A stretch of DNA of 64,000 nt from a virus (lineage: Duplodnaviria; Caudoviricetes), in IMG/VR virus record IMGVR_UViG_3300045996_000612, positions 779-64,778 of that record. One strand, 5' to 3'. The position numbers were made by a program, and so were the translations under genes. Below the pieces are notes generated by a model that saw nothing but the letters and a program-made list of their open reading frames with translations, was not told the DNA's origin and ran no database searches. Positions 45,474 through 55,568 of the stretch are shown here, in pieces. Numbering within the stretch: the stretch's first letter is position 1; each line of letters begins with the position of its first letter.

Positions 45474-45994
45474 GCCAGCACCTTCTCGGCAGCGCGCGCC
45501 AGCGACAGGCGATCCTCGATGCCGTTCAGGCCGCCGTTGATGCGCTTGGTGATCTTGATGTGGTCGCCCTCGTCGGCGAGCCAGTTCAGGTGGTGGGTCG
45601 ACCAATACCAGCCGGCCGAGCGGCAGGCGTTGATCGGCTCCTCCAGGAGTTCAGGATGGCTCAGCAGATCCAGCCCGAGCTCTTTACCGCAAGCATCGTA
45701 GTTCGCGCGGCCGGTGATCTGGATCAGGCCGCGGCCCTTGAAACGCACGCCATCGCCCGGCTTGACGTTGCCCAGGTCACGGCGCCCTTCGTAGGCAGCA
45801 CCGCTGGCGATCTCGCGCACGTAGCGGAGCTGGCCGGATTCGTGACCGATCTGTGCGAGGAAGGCTGCGCGACGCTTCGGGGTGTTGATCTCGAACTCGC
45901 GCATGGCCGCGTTCAGGCCGGCGATGAAACGATCCGCCTTGCGCCGCGCGTACGGCATGATCCTCACAAGCTGCTCGACGGTCAGATCGTCCAT
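45470..45994 (-). CDS. Endolysin, glycoside hydrolase family 19
   Basis: AAFLAQIGHES..L.Y..E, DG.RFKGRGLIQITGR.NY, T.RINGG.NG..DR. Confidence 0.93.
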   Translation of the reverse strand: MDDLTVEQLVRIMPYARRKADRFIAGLNAAMREFEINTPKRRAAFLAQIGHESGQLRYVREIASGAAYEGRRDLGNVKPGDGVRFKGRGLIQITGRANYDACGKELGLDLLSHPELLEEPINACRSAGWYWSTHHLNWLADEGDHIKITKRINGGLNGIEDRLSLARAAEKVLA

Positions 45995-45995
45995 G

Positions 45996-46361
45996 TCACT
46001 CGCCCTTCTGGTGGAAACTCGCCTTGTAGATCGCCTCCAGCACCACCAGCACCTTGCCGCCCATGAAGGAGCCGATGCTGACCAGTGTTGCCGTCTTCCA
46101 GGGAGAAAACCCGGCGTCCTGGCACAAGAAGAAGGTGATCATCCCGACAAACAGGGAGATCATCAGTTCCCCGAAGAAGACCGTGACGACCTGTTTTCTT
46201 GTCTTGTTACCTAAATTGACTTCCCTGATTACTCTCACGACTCCTCCGATGATCGAAACACCCAGCAGCAATAGGTAAGTGGCTACTGAGACGGAGGCGG
46301 GGTCTCTTGCAACGTCGCTTGCCTGGCGGAGTTCGTCATTCATGCGGGTCGCTGCACTCAT
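45996..46361 (-). CDS. Holin (second ATG at 46343)
   Basis: Three hydrophobic segments; GG.VR motif; directly upstream of endolysin. Confidence 0.8.
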   Translation of the reverse strand: MSAATRMNDELRQASDVARDPASVSVATYLLLLGVSIIGGVVRVIREVNLGNKTRKQVVTVFFGELMISLFVGMITFFLCQDAGFSPWKTATLVSIGSFMGGKVLVVLEAIYKASFHQKGE

Positions 46362-46489
46362 CAGTTTGGAATTGGTCAGATTTTACCCCGGACGGTTCTG
46401 GAATCAAACCAGTATTTTGCCGCTTGTTACGCCTCATTTCCTGAAGTTAAGCCCAAGATCATGAAAGTTATGACCTTGGGCGTGCTCCG

Positions 46490-49400
46490 CTATTCCTCGT
46501 CGTCTTCGATGCCCAGTTGCTCATCCACGGAATCAGCCATCCGTCGGTTCAGGATGATGCCGTGGTCGGACTGCGCATCCCGGCGCATGCGCGCGCGGAT
46601 CGAGTTGGCGATGGTGTTGCCCTTGATGCCGGCTTCCGGGTGCTTCTCGGCGAACTTCATCAGCTTGTCGGATGCGTCCTTGAAGGCGTCGTCGTCGCCG
46701 GTCTTGTGCGCCATGTACGCCTTGTTGAGCAAGGTCGATTTCTCGCGCTGGATGGCCGCCTGCAGGTTCATCTTGGCGCCGTTGATGTCGTACTGCTTGT
46801 CGACACGGTGCGGGGTGAAGCCGGTGGCCTGGCCGATCAGTTCCCAGGTGCTGAGCTGGTCAATGACCGGGTTGCCGCGCATGTTCAGCACGCCCTCGCG
46901 CGCGTAGCGGTTGGTCTTGACCAGATCGGTGATGGCCTTGGGCAGCAGCTTCTCCATGCCGCGCTCGAAGTGGCCCTGACGGATCAGGTCCAAGCCGCCC
47001 GCCCACTTGAAGCCCAGGCCGACGCCGGCGCCCAGGATCTGCTCGGCGTAGTACATCGCGGCGTCCTTGCCCTCCAGTTCCTTGTCCGGGGAGCGGAAGA
47101 ACAAGTCAGGGAAGCCGATGCGCGAGGTGAGCGCCAGCTTGGTGCCGGTCGACGGCGCGCCATAGATCAGGGTGTCGGCCAGCCAGCGCGGCAGGCTTTC
47201 GTAGAGGGCTTTGCGCAGACGGTCTTCCGGGGTCAGCTTGTCGTCGTCATCGCCCGGCAGGAAGCCGGCGGCGATCATCGCGATCCCGTAGAACGGCAAC
47301 CCCTTGATACCAGCCATCAGCCCGTGCATGCCCATGACGCCCACGAACTGCCGGCGCGCCTCGGCCTTCACTTCCGCGCTTTCGCCCTTAAACGAGTCGT
47401 GCAGGTCGCGGAACAGGCGGTAGGTCATGTTGATCGAGTGCTGCCGGTGGATCAGGAAGATCTTGGCCGCGTCGTTCTGGATGATGCGCGCGCGGTTGCT
47501 GTTCGAGTAATCAAAATGGGTTTTCCAGGTCAGGTCGGCTGCCGTCTCCAGCGCCTGGTCGTGCTTCTGCCCGGACTGGCGCGCCATGCGGTAGGCGGCC
47601 AGCGCCGTCACCTCGCGGTTGATGCGCTCGGCGTGGTGGTACATGAACGAGATCTTGCGCATCACCTTGGAGCGGGTGGCGTTGTACTCCACACCGGTCT
47701 CCCCTACCCCGGCCAGGTCGTGCGCTTGCGTGCGGTCGATCAGGCCGAGCTGGTAGAAGTCGCGTAGCGCCTCCTGTTCGTTGGCGGTCAGGCGCGGGTT
47801 GTTCTCGATGCTCCACTTCTTCGACGTCACCAGTTGTAGAGACGCCTTGCCCAGTTCCTTGGTGGCGCGCGCCAGGCTGCCGAACCTGGAGCCCAGCACC
47901 GGCACGCCCATCATGAAGGTCTGCGAGGTGTTGATGATGGCCGCCGCCGGCGTCAATGCGAGATTCCAGGTGAAGGCGATGCTGGACATGTTCTGCGCCA
48001 GCGCGCCGCCCTTCGGGTTCATCACCCACTGGTGGCGGTGTTCGAACTCGTTGACCAGCATGGTGGCGTCGATCGGCTTGTCGGCCTGCTTGGCCTGCTC
48101 GCGCATCTCGTCCAGCACGCCCTCCATCTGCTGGCCGAATTTCAGGCGTGCCATCTGGTGGGCGCCGTGGAACATGGTCGAGGCGTAGGCGCGCAACGCG
48201 TCGCCGGAATAGCCGGCGGTGCCCTTGCGGTGGATGAAGCGCTTGCGCATCGACAGGTCGGGCATGCTGGTCAAGTAGCGCTGCCACACCTCGTCCTGCA
48301 CGTCCTCCGGCACGCCGGATTCGGCCAGGATGCCCTCGATGTCGGCGAGGAAGCGCGGGTCGACCGCGCCGCGCACCTGGTCGCGGTTGCCAGCCAGGCC
48401 GGTGGTGATCTCGTAGTTCGGGTGCTGCTTGCGCAGATCCTGCTCGAACTGGCGCGCGTCCTTCAGCCCCTCGAATTTCGAGAACGACACGATCTCGCCC
48501 TTGTCGTCGCGCACCGAGACGAAATAGTCGCCGAAGCGCGCCAGCGGGAAGTACGGCCCGGCCAGCCGGTTCGACTCGAACACCTGCCGCAGCGCCGTGA
48601 TGCGCGCGCGGTCGCGGTACTTGGCCAGACCGGTGCTCTTAGCATACTCGGCCTGCGCCACCTTCAGTTCGGTGTCCAGTTCCTTGCCGGACAGCGAGCG
48701 CTTGGCCTTCGCCACGCGGGCGTCGAAGCGCTCGCGGGCGCGCGCCCGGCTCGCTTCCATCGTCTTCTCGACGTTGGCCAGGATGATCGAATCGAGCTCC
48801 TTGGCCTGCCCCATGTACTGGTCGCGGGTGCTGGTGTAGATATCCTTGGCGTCGTCGCTCAGCGCCTCGTAGACCTTGGAAAGCCGTTCGTGCGCCTCCT
48901 TGCGCGCCGGCTCGGCTTCCAGCTTCTCGCGCACGCGCGCCGCGGCCTCGCTCTTGGGCTGGCGCTTGAGGATGGTTTGCTCCTCCTTCGACACGTCCGG
49001 CTCGTAGGGTTTCGTTGGGTCGACCTGTGCGATGGTCGATTCGTGCATCAGATCGGCCAGCGCCTTGGCCTCCTTGCCGGCCGTGGCATTGAACTTCAGC
49101 CAGCGCTGGGCGTGCTCGTCGTACTGGCTGTGCTTCTCGTTGCGGTAGGTGTCCATGGCGCGCTTGACGCGCATGTAGTCCTTGACCGCCGTCATGCCGG
49201 GCCGGGCGAAGTCGGCCAGGTAGTTCATCGGGGTCGAAGGCAGGATGCCGTCTTTCTTCAGGCGCGCCAGCCCTCCCTCGACGGCCATGGACAGCGGGGT
49301 GCGGTCGATGTGCTGGGCGTTCGGCGCCGGGCCTTCGTCGTCGGCGATGGAGTAGCGCGGCTTTTCGACGATCGGGCGGCCCTTGTCATCGACCGGGCCT

Positions 49401-52400
49401 TTGTAATTACGCCAGAACTCAACTTGCCCGGCGAAGTCCGGCGCCACCAGATCTCCATTGCTGTCGACGATGGGGCGCCGTGCGCCGTCCACCTCGACGG
49501 TGCGATTATCGTTGACCGAGAACAGTTCTCCGATCGGCCCGAACATCTCCCCGCGCTTGGCCGCCGCCACATCCATGATGGCCAGCTTGGCGAAGCCCGC
49601 GAGCTGCGCCGGCGTCACTTCACCGATCTGCTTGCCGTAGCGCGCCACCATGTACGCCTTGACCACGCCGATCACGTCTTCGACCCACTTGCGAATCACG
49701 GCCGGCAGGCTGTCGCGGTTGGTTTCGTACTCCTCGATGGCGTAGGCGGCGAACTCCTCCACCTCCATCTTGGTCGTCACTGCACCCTTGCCCTTGGCGG
49801 CGGCCACGCGGGCGCGCGCACGGTCGTAGAACTCGCGCGCCTTGCCACTCGACTCTTCGGACTGGCGGTACAGAGACCCCATCCGCCCCATCAGGTCGGC
49901 CCACTGCTTGGAGCCGATCAGGTTCTCGGCGCCCTTGTGGAACATCTCATGCAGCAGGACGGCGCGGGCGTTGTCCTTGTTCAGCGAGCCGGAGACGAAG
50001 TGGATGGACCCGTCCGGCATGGTGATGGCCTGCACGCCGCGCGGCACCTTGCCCGCTTCCTTCGGCAGCGTCTTAGCCGACTTGTGGATCTGGATGATGC
50101 CGCTCTCGATCATGCGCGCGATGACCGATCCCACCGGGCCGACAGTGATGACCTTCTTGACCTGCTCCGGCGTCATGGGCGTGAACGGCGCGGCCACCGA
50201 TGCCGCCGCATCCTTCGCGCTGGCCGTGGCCGGCACCAGGTCCGGGTGCTTCTCGTAGGCCGACAGCAGCCACTTCTCATCCTTGCCGTCGCGGTCCAGG
50301 CGGATCACCGCCTCGTCGCGCTCGTTGCCGATGAAGATGCGCCCCACCTGGCCCGGCTTCTCGTAGACCTTGCCGTCGCGCAGCAGTTCTGGCAGGCGGT
50401 CCATGAACCCGGCGCCGCGGCGGCGCGCGATGTGCGCCAGCCCGTGCTTCTCGTCGCCGTAGGTGATGGTGATGTCGCCCACACCCTCGCGGGTGATGGT
50501 GGTCTCGCCCTGCTTGTCGGCCATGACCTGTCGGATGCCGTCGGCATCGACCGAGTATTTCGGCTCAGCCTTGGCGCGCGGCTTGCGCGGCTTCTTCGCC
50601 GGCGCTTCCTCTGCCGGTGCCGGCTGCGCTTCCTCCTTCTTGGTCGCGCGCTGCACCGGCCCTGTCTTCAGGTCGCGCTCGCCCGGCTCGGTCTGGTGCA
50701 CGCGCTCGCGGCCATCCACGCCTTCCGCCGGCACCCACTCGTCGCCCTTCTTGATGACTGCCTGCACCTTGACGCTGAACCCGCCGTCCTCGCGCGGCTC
50801 GTAGGCCAGCACGCGGTCGTGGCCACGGTAGGATTTGACCACGTTGCCGGGCGTGAAGTAGTCGGCGCGCGCCTTCTCGCGCTCGGCTGGCTTGGCCTTC
50901 TTGCGACGGGGTTCCTGCTTGGGCTTGGGTGCTGGCGCCTCGGCGCGCGCTGCCTTGCCGGCGGCGCTCTCCGGGTCGTTCAGTTCGCCCAGGTGCTGCG
51001 CGGCAGGCACGGCCTCGTACTTCGCGGTATTGAGCGCGTCGACCTTGCGCTGGTCGAATGTCTCGGCAATCACCTTGCCAGTGCCCTTTTCGCGGATGAT
51101 CCAGCTTGCCGGGCTGTCCAGCATCGGGTTCCCGGTGGGCGCGGCCTTAGTGCCCTTGCGCTTGGCGATGCTCTCGGCTGCCTGGCGCACCGCCTCATCC
51201 TGCTTGGCATGCTTCTGGCGCGCGGCTTCCAGGCTGGTCAGTGCAGGCTGGGCGTCGGCGGCGCGGTCTGCAGCAGGAACATCAATTCCAGCGCTGGGTG
51301 CAGCTTCGGCGGGAACGGCTGGTCCGTTTCCGACAGGCTCCTGATCAGCTTGGCGTCCTGCCGGCTCACCAGCCCGTTGCGGCGCAGGATCTTCAGCGCC
51401 TGCCAGCACGACATCTCGCACTCCAGCATCAGCGGTATCGCTTCGTCCATCGCTTTTCTCCTCGATCGGTTGGATGGTGAATTTGCCCTTGGCCTCGACC
51501 ACTTCGTGCGGCTGGCCGGTTTCTTCAGCGTGGCGCAGCATCATCTTGTTGGCTTGCGCGCGGTCATCGAACGGGCCGGTGGTCAGTGGCTCGACGGATG
51601 GTTTCGACTCGGCCTTCGCATCGGCGGTCTTCTGGCGAATTGCCGCCTCGACCTCCTTGCGCGCCGTCAGGAACATCTTGTTCCAGCCGCCCGATGCCTT
51701 GGCCTGGCCGGCGATGTACTGCAGCCGCTCGCGCAGTTGCGGAAGTTCCATCGTGTTGTAGTCCGGCTCGGCGGGCTTGGCCGGTGGCGCGGGCGGTGGC
51801 GGCGCCGGGTTCTCGGCGTGGCGCTCGGCCGCCTCCTCGACGGCGGCGGTCAGTGGGCCAGCAGGTGGTGCCGGCACATCGACCGGCTCGATCGTCACGC
51901 CATCCTTGTCGTTGAAGGCGTAGACCTGGCCGTCGTCGTCGACGATCTCGGTGGTGGTGGTGCCGTCTTCTTCCGGCGTAACGGCGATCACGGTGCCGGC
52001 GACTTGCCCCTCGGGTGCGGTGACGATGACGCGCGCCTCGGGCGTCTGGTCGGCGGCCTGCTCGACGGCGCCGGACAGCGGGCCGGATGGCGCCGGGCTG
52101 GCCGGAACCGACTCTGTCGCCGGGGTGGGCTGCTCTACAGGTGCTGGCGGCGTAGGTTCTGCGGGCGCTGGCTCGGGCTGCGGCGCGGGCACCTCTTCCA
52201 GTGTCGGCTCGACGCGCGGCGGCTCGGCTGGTGCTGGCGCAGGCTCGGCCGGCGCTGGCTGCGCTGCTGGGCGCGCGACGGATGCCGCCACGCTGCCGAT
52301 CGCACCACCTTGCAGGCCACCCTGCACCATGCCGCCCAGCGCCTGGTTGGCAACGTCCTCGGTCAATTCCTGCTTCGGGTTTGCCTGCTGCAGCGCTTCA

Positions 52401-53953
52401 TTCTGCGCCAGCTTCTGCGCGGCGCTCTGCGGCAGTTCCTCGAATACGCCTTCGGCCAGGGAGCCTTTCGCAAAGCCCTTGGCGGCATTCTTGATCGTGG
52501 CCTGCCCCACCTGCTCGGTGAACAGCTTGGCGATCGTTCGATCTCCCATGCCGCCGAACATGCCCGTGACCACGCCGGACGTGACGAATGCGCGGGTGGA
52601 CAAGTCGCCCGCCAGCGCGGCGCGCGCTTCGGTCGGGTTCATGCCGGAGGCGATCAGGGACTGGTATGCCTCGGAAGTGTTCAGCACCTCTTGCGGCAGC
52701 TCCTGCACTGCCAGCCGGACCTCGCGCGCACTGCCTGCGCCGCCCAGCGACCCTTCGGAGATTGCCCCGGCGACGGTCGCGGTTCGGGCTGCAGCCTGCG
52801 ATGCTGCGGCAGTTCCTGCGCCGGCGGCGATCTTCGCGCCATAGGCGGCTTTGGCCAACCTCATGGCCGGCAGCATGGACAGCGCCTGCTCTGGAAGCGA
52901 TTGCACCACGCCGCCCAGGTAGCTGCGCGGGTCGGACCACGCCGAACCGAAGCTGCCTTTGTCGCTATCCCACCACTTCTTGTCGATCGCCGCCTGCATC
53001 TCCGGGGTCATGCCCTTGACCATCTGCTGGGTGTCGCGGCGCAGCAGCTCTTCGGAATTCTTGACCTCCGGGTGAAAGTAGCGATCAACCGCATCAGCGC
53101 CTTCGACAATCGACTCGCCCACGCCGGGAATGCGACTGACCAGTTCGCGCACGTTCGCCGCAGTGCTGTTCAGGCCGGCCTTGAAGTTCTTGCCGATGTC
53201 GGTCAGCAGATTGCCGTCACCAGCCGGCGCCGCGCCGGACAGCGCCGCCACCTCTTCCTCGGACATCTCGACATAGCGCGACTCATCCACCTTGCCGGTC
53301 TTCTGGTAGGCCAGCACTTCCTCTTCGCTCATCGGCTCGAACCGGCCTTCCACCGCCGCGCCGCTGTCGGAGCGAACTTTCCCGCCTGCGCCACCAGCCA
53401 CCTTGCGCGCATAGTCGGCGGTGCTCGACAGCCCGTCGTGCGTGTTCGGGATCTGGCCTCGCTTCAGTTCCTCACGTCCGTAGCCAGCGTGATAGCCGGC
53501 GGCCAGCAGCGCAGGATCGTCGGTGCCGAGCATCTTGCGCCCGTGCGCCAGGTAGCGCAGGCCGGCTTCCATGTTTTTCCATGGATCGCGCATGCCGTCC
53601 TCGGTGCCCATCATCTGCTTGTAGGTGCCAGGCATCACCTGGAACCCGCCGACGGCGCCCTTGGGGCTGTCCTTGCTCTTGAAATTGCCCGACGATTCGG
53701 CACGGAAGATCGACAGCGGCAACGCCGGGTCCAGCCCGAGCTCGACCGCACGCTTGATAATGTCGGCGCGCGTCGGCATGCTCGATACCGGGGCTGTTGC
53801 TGGGGCCGGCGTGGTGACTGCCTTCGCTGGCGTCGCCTTCACCTCGGGCATGGTCTGCGGCTTGGTCGCCTGCTGGCCCGGCAGCAGCCCCGATTTCGTG
53901 ATCTCGTCGGTGATGTCTTCGAACGGGGAATCCAGGAAGGAGTTGTTTGCCAC
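46490..53953 (-). CDS. Giant polyvalent internal virion (ejection) protein
   Basis: 2487 aa; SLT motif (ESS...GA.G.FQVMP.T), barnase/RelE-like GDI...YG...HGLAHI, HEMFH zincin motif, YFPLARFG (PLxRFG). Confidence 0.85.
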   Translation of the reverse strand: MANNSFLDSPFEDITDEITKSGLLPGQQATKPQTMPEVKATPAKAVTTPAPATAPVSSMPTRADIIKRAVELGLDPALPLSIFRAESSGNFKSKDSPKGAVGGFQVMPGTYKQMMGTEDGMRDPWKNMEAGLRYLAHGRKMLGTDDPALLAAGYHAGYGREELKRGQIPNTHDGLSSTADYARKVAGGAGGKVRSDSGAAVEGRFEPMSEEEVLAYQKTGKVDESRYVEMSEEEVAALSGAAPAGDGNLLTDIGKNFKAGLNSTAANVRELVSRIPGVGESIVEGADAVDRYFHPEVKNSEELLRRDTQQMVKGMTPEMQAAIDKKWWDSDKGSFGSAWSDPRSYLGGVVQSLPEQALSMLPAMRLAKAAYGAKIAAGAGTAAASQAAARTATVAGAISEGSLGGAGSAREVRLAVQELPQEVLNTSEAYQSLIASGMNPTEARAALAGDLSTRAFVTSGVVTGMFGGMGDRTIAKLFTEQVGQATIKNAAKGFAKGSLAEGVFEELPQSAAQKLAQNEALQQANPKQELTEDVANQALGGMVQGGLQGGAIGSVAASVARPAAQPAPAEPAPAPAEPPRVEPTLEEVPAPQPEPAPAEPTPPAPVEQPTPATESVPASPAPSGPLSGAVEQAADQTPEARVIVTAPEGQVAGTVIAVTPEEDGTTTTEIVDDDGQVYAFNDKDGVTIEPVDVPAPPAGPLTAAVEEAAERHAENPAPPPPAPPAKPAEPDYNTMELPQLRERLQYIAGQAKASGGWNKMFLTARKEVEAAIRQKTADAKAESKPSVEPLTTGPFDDRAQANKMMLRHAEETGQPHEVVEAKGKFTIQPIEEKSDGRSDTADAGVRDVVLAGAEDPAPQRAGEPAGRQADQEPVGNGPAVPAEAAPSAGIDVPAADRAADAQPALTSLEAARQKHAKQDEAVRQAAESIAKRKGTKAAPTGNPMLDSPASWIIREKGTGKVIAETFDQRKVDALNTAKYEAVPAAQHLGELNDPESAAGKAARAEAPAPKPKQEPRRKKAKPAEREKARADYFTPGNVVKSYRGHDRVLAYEPREDGGFSVKVQAVIKKGDEWVPAEGVDGRERVHQTEPGERDLKTGPVQRATKKEEAQPAPAEEAPAKKPRKPRAKAEPKYSVDADGIRQVMADKQGETTITREGVGDITITYGDEKHGLAHIARRRGAGFMDRLPELLRDGKVYEKPGQVGRIFIGNERDEAVIRLDRDGKDEKWLLSAYEKHPDLVPATASAKDAAASVAAPFTPMTPEQVKKVITVGPVGSVIARMIESGIIQIHKSAKTLPKEAGKVPRGVQAITMPDGSIHFVSGSLNKDNARAVLLHEMFHKGAENLIGSKQWADLMGRMGSLYRQSEESSGKAREFYDRARARVAAAKGKGAVTTKMEVEEFAAYAIEEYETNRDSLPAVIRKWVEDVIGVVKAYMVARYGKQIGEVTPAQLAGFAKLAIMDVAAAKRGEMFGPIGELFSVNDNRTVEVDGARRPIVDSNGDLVAPDFAGQVEFWRNYKGPVDDKGRPIVEKPRYSIADDEGPAPNAQHIDRTPLSMAVEGGLARLKKDGILPSTPMNYLADFARPGMTAVKDYMRVKRAMDTYRNEKHSQYDEHAQRWLKFNATAGKEAKALADLMHESTIAQVDPTKPYEPDVSKEEQTILKRQPKSEAAARVREKLEAEPARKEAHERLSKVYEALSDDAKDIYTSTRDQYMGQAKELDSIILANVEKTMEASRARARERFDARVAKAKRSLSGKELDTELKVAQAEYAKSTGLAKYRDRARITALRQVFESNRLAGPYFPLARFGDYFVSVRDDKGEIVSFSKFEGLKDARQFEQDLRKQHPNYEITTGLAGNRDQVRGAVDPRFLADIEGILAESGVPEDVQDEVWQRYLTSMPDLSMRKRFIHRKGTAGYSGDALRAYASTMFHGAHQMARLKFGQQMEGVLDEMREQAKQADKPIDATMLVNEFEHRHQWVMNPKGGALAQNMSSIAFTWNLALTPAAAIINTSQTFMMGVPVLGSRFGSLARATKELGKASLQLVTSKKWSIENNPRLTANEQEALRDFYQLGLIDRTQAHDLAGVGETGVEYNATRSKVMRKISFMYHHAERINREVTALAAYRMARQSGQKHDQALETAADLTWKTHFDYSNSNRARIIQNDAAKIFLIHRQHSINMTYRLFRDLHDSFKGESAEVKAEARRQFVGVMGMHGLMAGIKGLPFYGIAMIAAGFLPGDDDDKLTPEDRLRKALYESLPRWLADTLIYGAPSTGTKLALTSRIGFPDLFFRSPDKELEGKDAAMYYAEQILGAGVGLGFKWAGGLDLIRQGHFERGMEKLLPKAITDLVKTNRYAREGVLNMRGNPVIDQLSTWELIGQATGFTPHRVDKQYDINGAKMNLQAAIQREKSTLLNKAYMAHKTGDDDAFKDASDKLMKFAEKHPEAGIKGNTIANSIRARMRRDAQSDHGIILNRRMADSVDEQLGIEDDEE
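51238..51450 (-). CDS. Overprinted 70-aa ORF nested in the giant gene
   Basis: GAGGAG SD 7 nt before ATG; amphipathic sequence in an alternative frame of a linker. Confidence 0.5.
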   Translation of the reverse strand: MDEAIPLMLECEMSCWQALKILRRNGLVSRQDAKLIRSLSETDQPFPPKLHPALELMFLLQTAPPTPSLH

Positions 53954-54031
53954 AAGGCGCCTCGGTTGGTGGTGATGAATGTTTCGATTTTAGCCCATGT
54001 GGTGCTATATCCAAACCACCCAATGGTTAAT

Positions 54032-54055
54032 AAAAAAACCGCCCGAAGGCGGTTT
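54032..54055 (-). terminator. Intrinsic terminator
   Basis: AAACCGCC-TTCG-GGCGGTTTTTTT on the minus strand. Confidence 0.8.
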
Positions 54056-54058
54056 CTG

Positions 54059-55555
54059 TCAGCGCGCGGGTGGCGTGAACGGCGTCAGCTTGCCATCCTT
54101 GAACACGTACACCTTGTCGCCCTGCTTGTAGTAGCGCCCCTCCTGGAACTGCTGGGCGCCGCCACCGGCAGCCGCTGGCGCACCGCCGGCGCCGTCGATC
54201 TGGCGCATGGCGTCGTCGATCTTGCGCTGCTGGACTTCCGGCGGGTCGGTCGGGAACTTCATGTCGTTTTTCATCAGGTCCGAGCGCACCAGCGCGCGGC
54301 GCTCCTCCGGCGCGGTGGTCTTCTTGTGCTGGTCGCCGCCCAGGCGGCGCCGCACCAGCGCGCGGATCTCGTCGTCGGGCACGCCGTTCTCGCGCGCCAG
54401 TTCGATCTCGCCCTGCAGTTCTGCCTTCTTGGCCTTGCCCAGCCCCTGCAGCTTCAGCCCTTCCTGCTTGGCCAGTTCCTCGATCTTGTATTCGTGCTGG
54501 CGCTTGGCATTGTCGGCCTCACGCTTGGCGCGCCGCTCCTCGCGGGTATCCTCGCGGTCGGCAAGGCGATTGTCGCGCGCCTCTTCGCGCGCGGCGGTGC
54601 GCGCATCGTTCGCCGCGTCGATCGCCGCCTTGGCGCGGAGCTGGTCAGCGGCGTTCTTGTTCTTGTAGACCTGCTCGAACAGCGCCGGCGGCGACAGTGC
54701 CGACAGGCCCATCTCGGTCAGCGAGCCCTTGTCGATGAACTGGCTGCGCTCTTCTCCGGTGGCGTCGGTTTTCAGGCGCACGTTGAAGCCGGTAATGTTG
54801 CCTTCCTTGTCCTTGACCGCTTCGTGCGACAGCGGGGTCACGCCATCGTCGTAGTCCTGGTAAAGCTTGAAAAAGTGCTTGGCAGCGGTGTCGACGTCGC
54901 CCACCTGCATGGCCTTGTAGGCTTTGCCCCAGGTCTCCATGCGCTGCTGGTTTTCCTTGTCCTTGGCCCACTTGCCCCAGGCCTCGGCCTTCTCGATGTC
55001 ACCCTGCGCCACCAGTTCTTCCTGCATCTTCGGCACCAGCGTCTTGCTCATGAAATCCATGATCGTCGGGGTGCTCTTGCGTGCGTGCGCCATCGCCTCG
55101 TCGCGGGTATCGAACCCCATGTTGCCGACGCTGAAGCGCTTGGCCGGCGCGGGCAGGCCGGCGGCGGGGCCGACTGGAGGCGCGGGCGGCTCCATCGAGG
55201 CGGTCGTGACGGCCTTGACGTCCATTGCATTCGGCGCGGCGGCGGGTGCCGGCGCGGCAGGTTGCGCTGGCTGATCCGGGGCCGGCGCTGGCGCTGCTGG
55301 CGCACTGGGTTCTGCCGTCTGCGGTGCCGTGTTCAGCGCGGTCGGCGCGGTGGCCGGCGTGCCGGGCTGCGACGGCTCATTCTCGCGCACCGAGTCGGCA
55401 ACCGCCTTTTCCTGCATGGCTTTCGCCTCAGCGATGCCCTGCGCGCGAATGTCCTCCAGCCGCTTTTCCTTGATGGCGGCATTGATCGTCTTGCCGATCT
55501 GGATGCCGTTGTTAAAACCTTGCGACAGCCCGCCAGCGAATCCGCCCCAGTTCAT
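54059..55555 (-). CDS. Internal virion (ejection) protein
   Basis: 498 aa; GFAGGL.QG N-terminus; coiled coils; AAGGAG SD. Confidence 0.7.
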   Translation of the reverse strand: MNWGGFAGGLSQGFNNGIQIGKTINAAIKEKRLEDIRAQGIAEAKAMQEKAVADSVRENEPSQPGTPATAPTALNTAPQTAEPSAPAAPAPAPDQPAQPAAPAPAAAPNAMDVKAVTTASMEPPAPPVGPAAGLPAPAKRFSVGNMGFDTRDEAMAHARKSTPTIMDFMSKTLVPKMQEELVAQGDIEKAEAWGKWAKDKENQQRMETWGKAYKAMQVGDVDTAAKHFFKLYQDYDDGVTPLSHEAVKDKEGNITGFNVRLKTDATGEERSQFIDKGSLTEMGLSALSPPALFEQVYKNKNAADQLRAKAAIDAANDARTAAREEARDNRLADREDTREERRAKREADNAKRQHEYKIEELAKQEGLKLQGLGKAKKAELQGEIELARENGVPDDEIRALVRRRLGGDQHKKTTAPEERRALVRSDLMKNDMKFPTDPPEVQQRKIDDAMRQIDGAGGAPAAAGGGAQQFQEGRYYKQGDKVYVFKDGKLTPFTPPAR

Positions 55556-55568
55556 AGCCTACTCCTTA

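Noticed and set aside
46343-46361. Holin dual-start motif
   Set aside because: Two ATGs exist, but neither has a clear SD; cannot be supported
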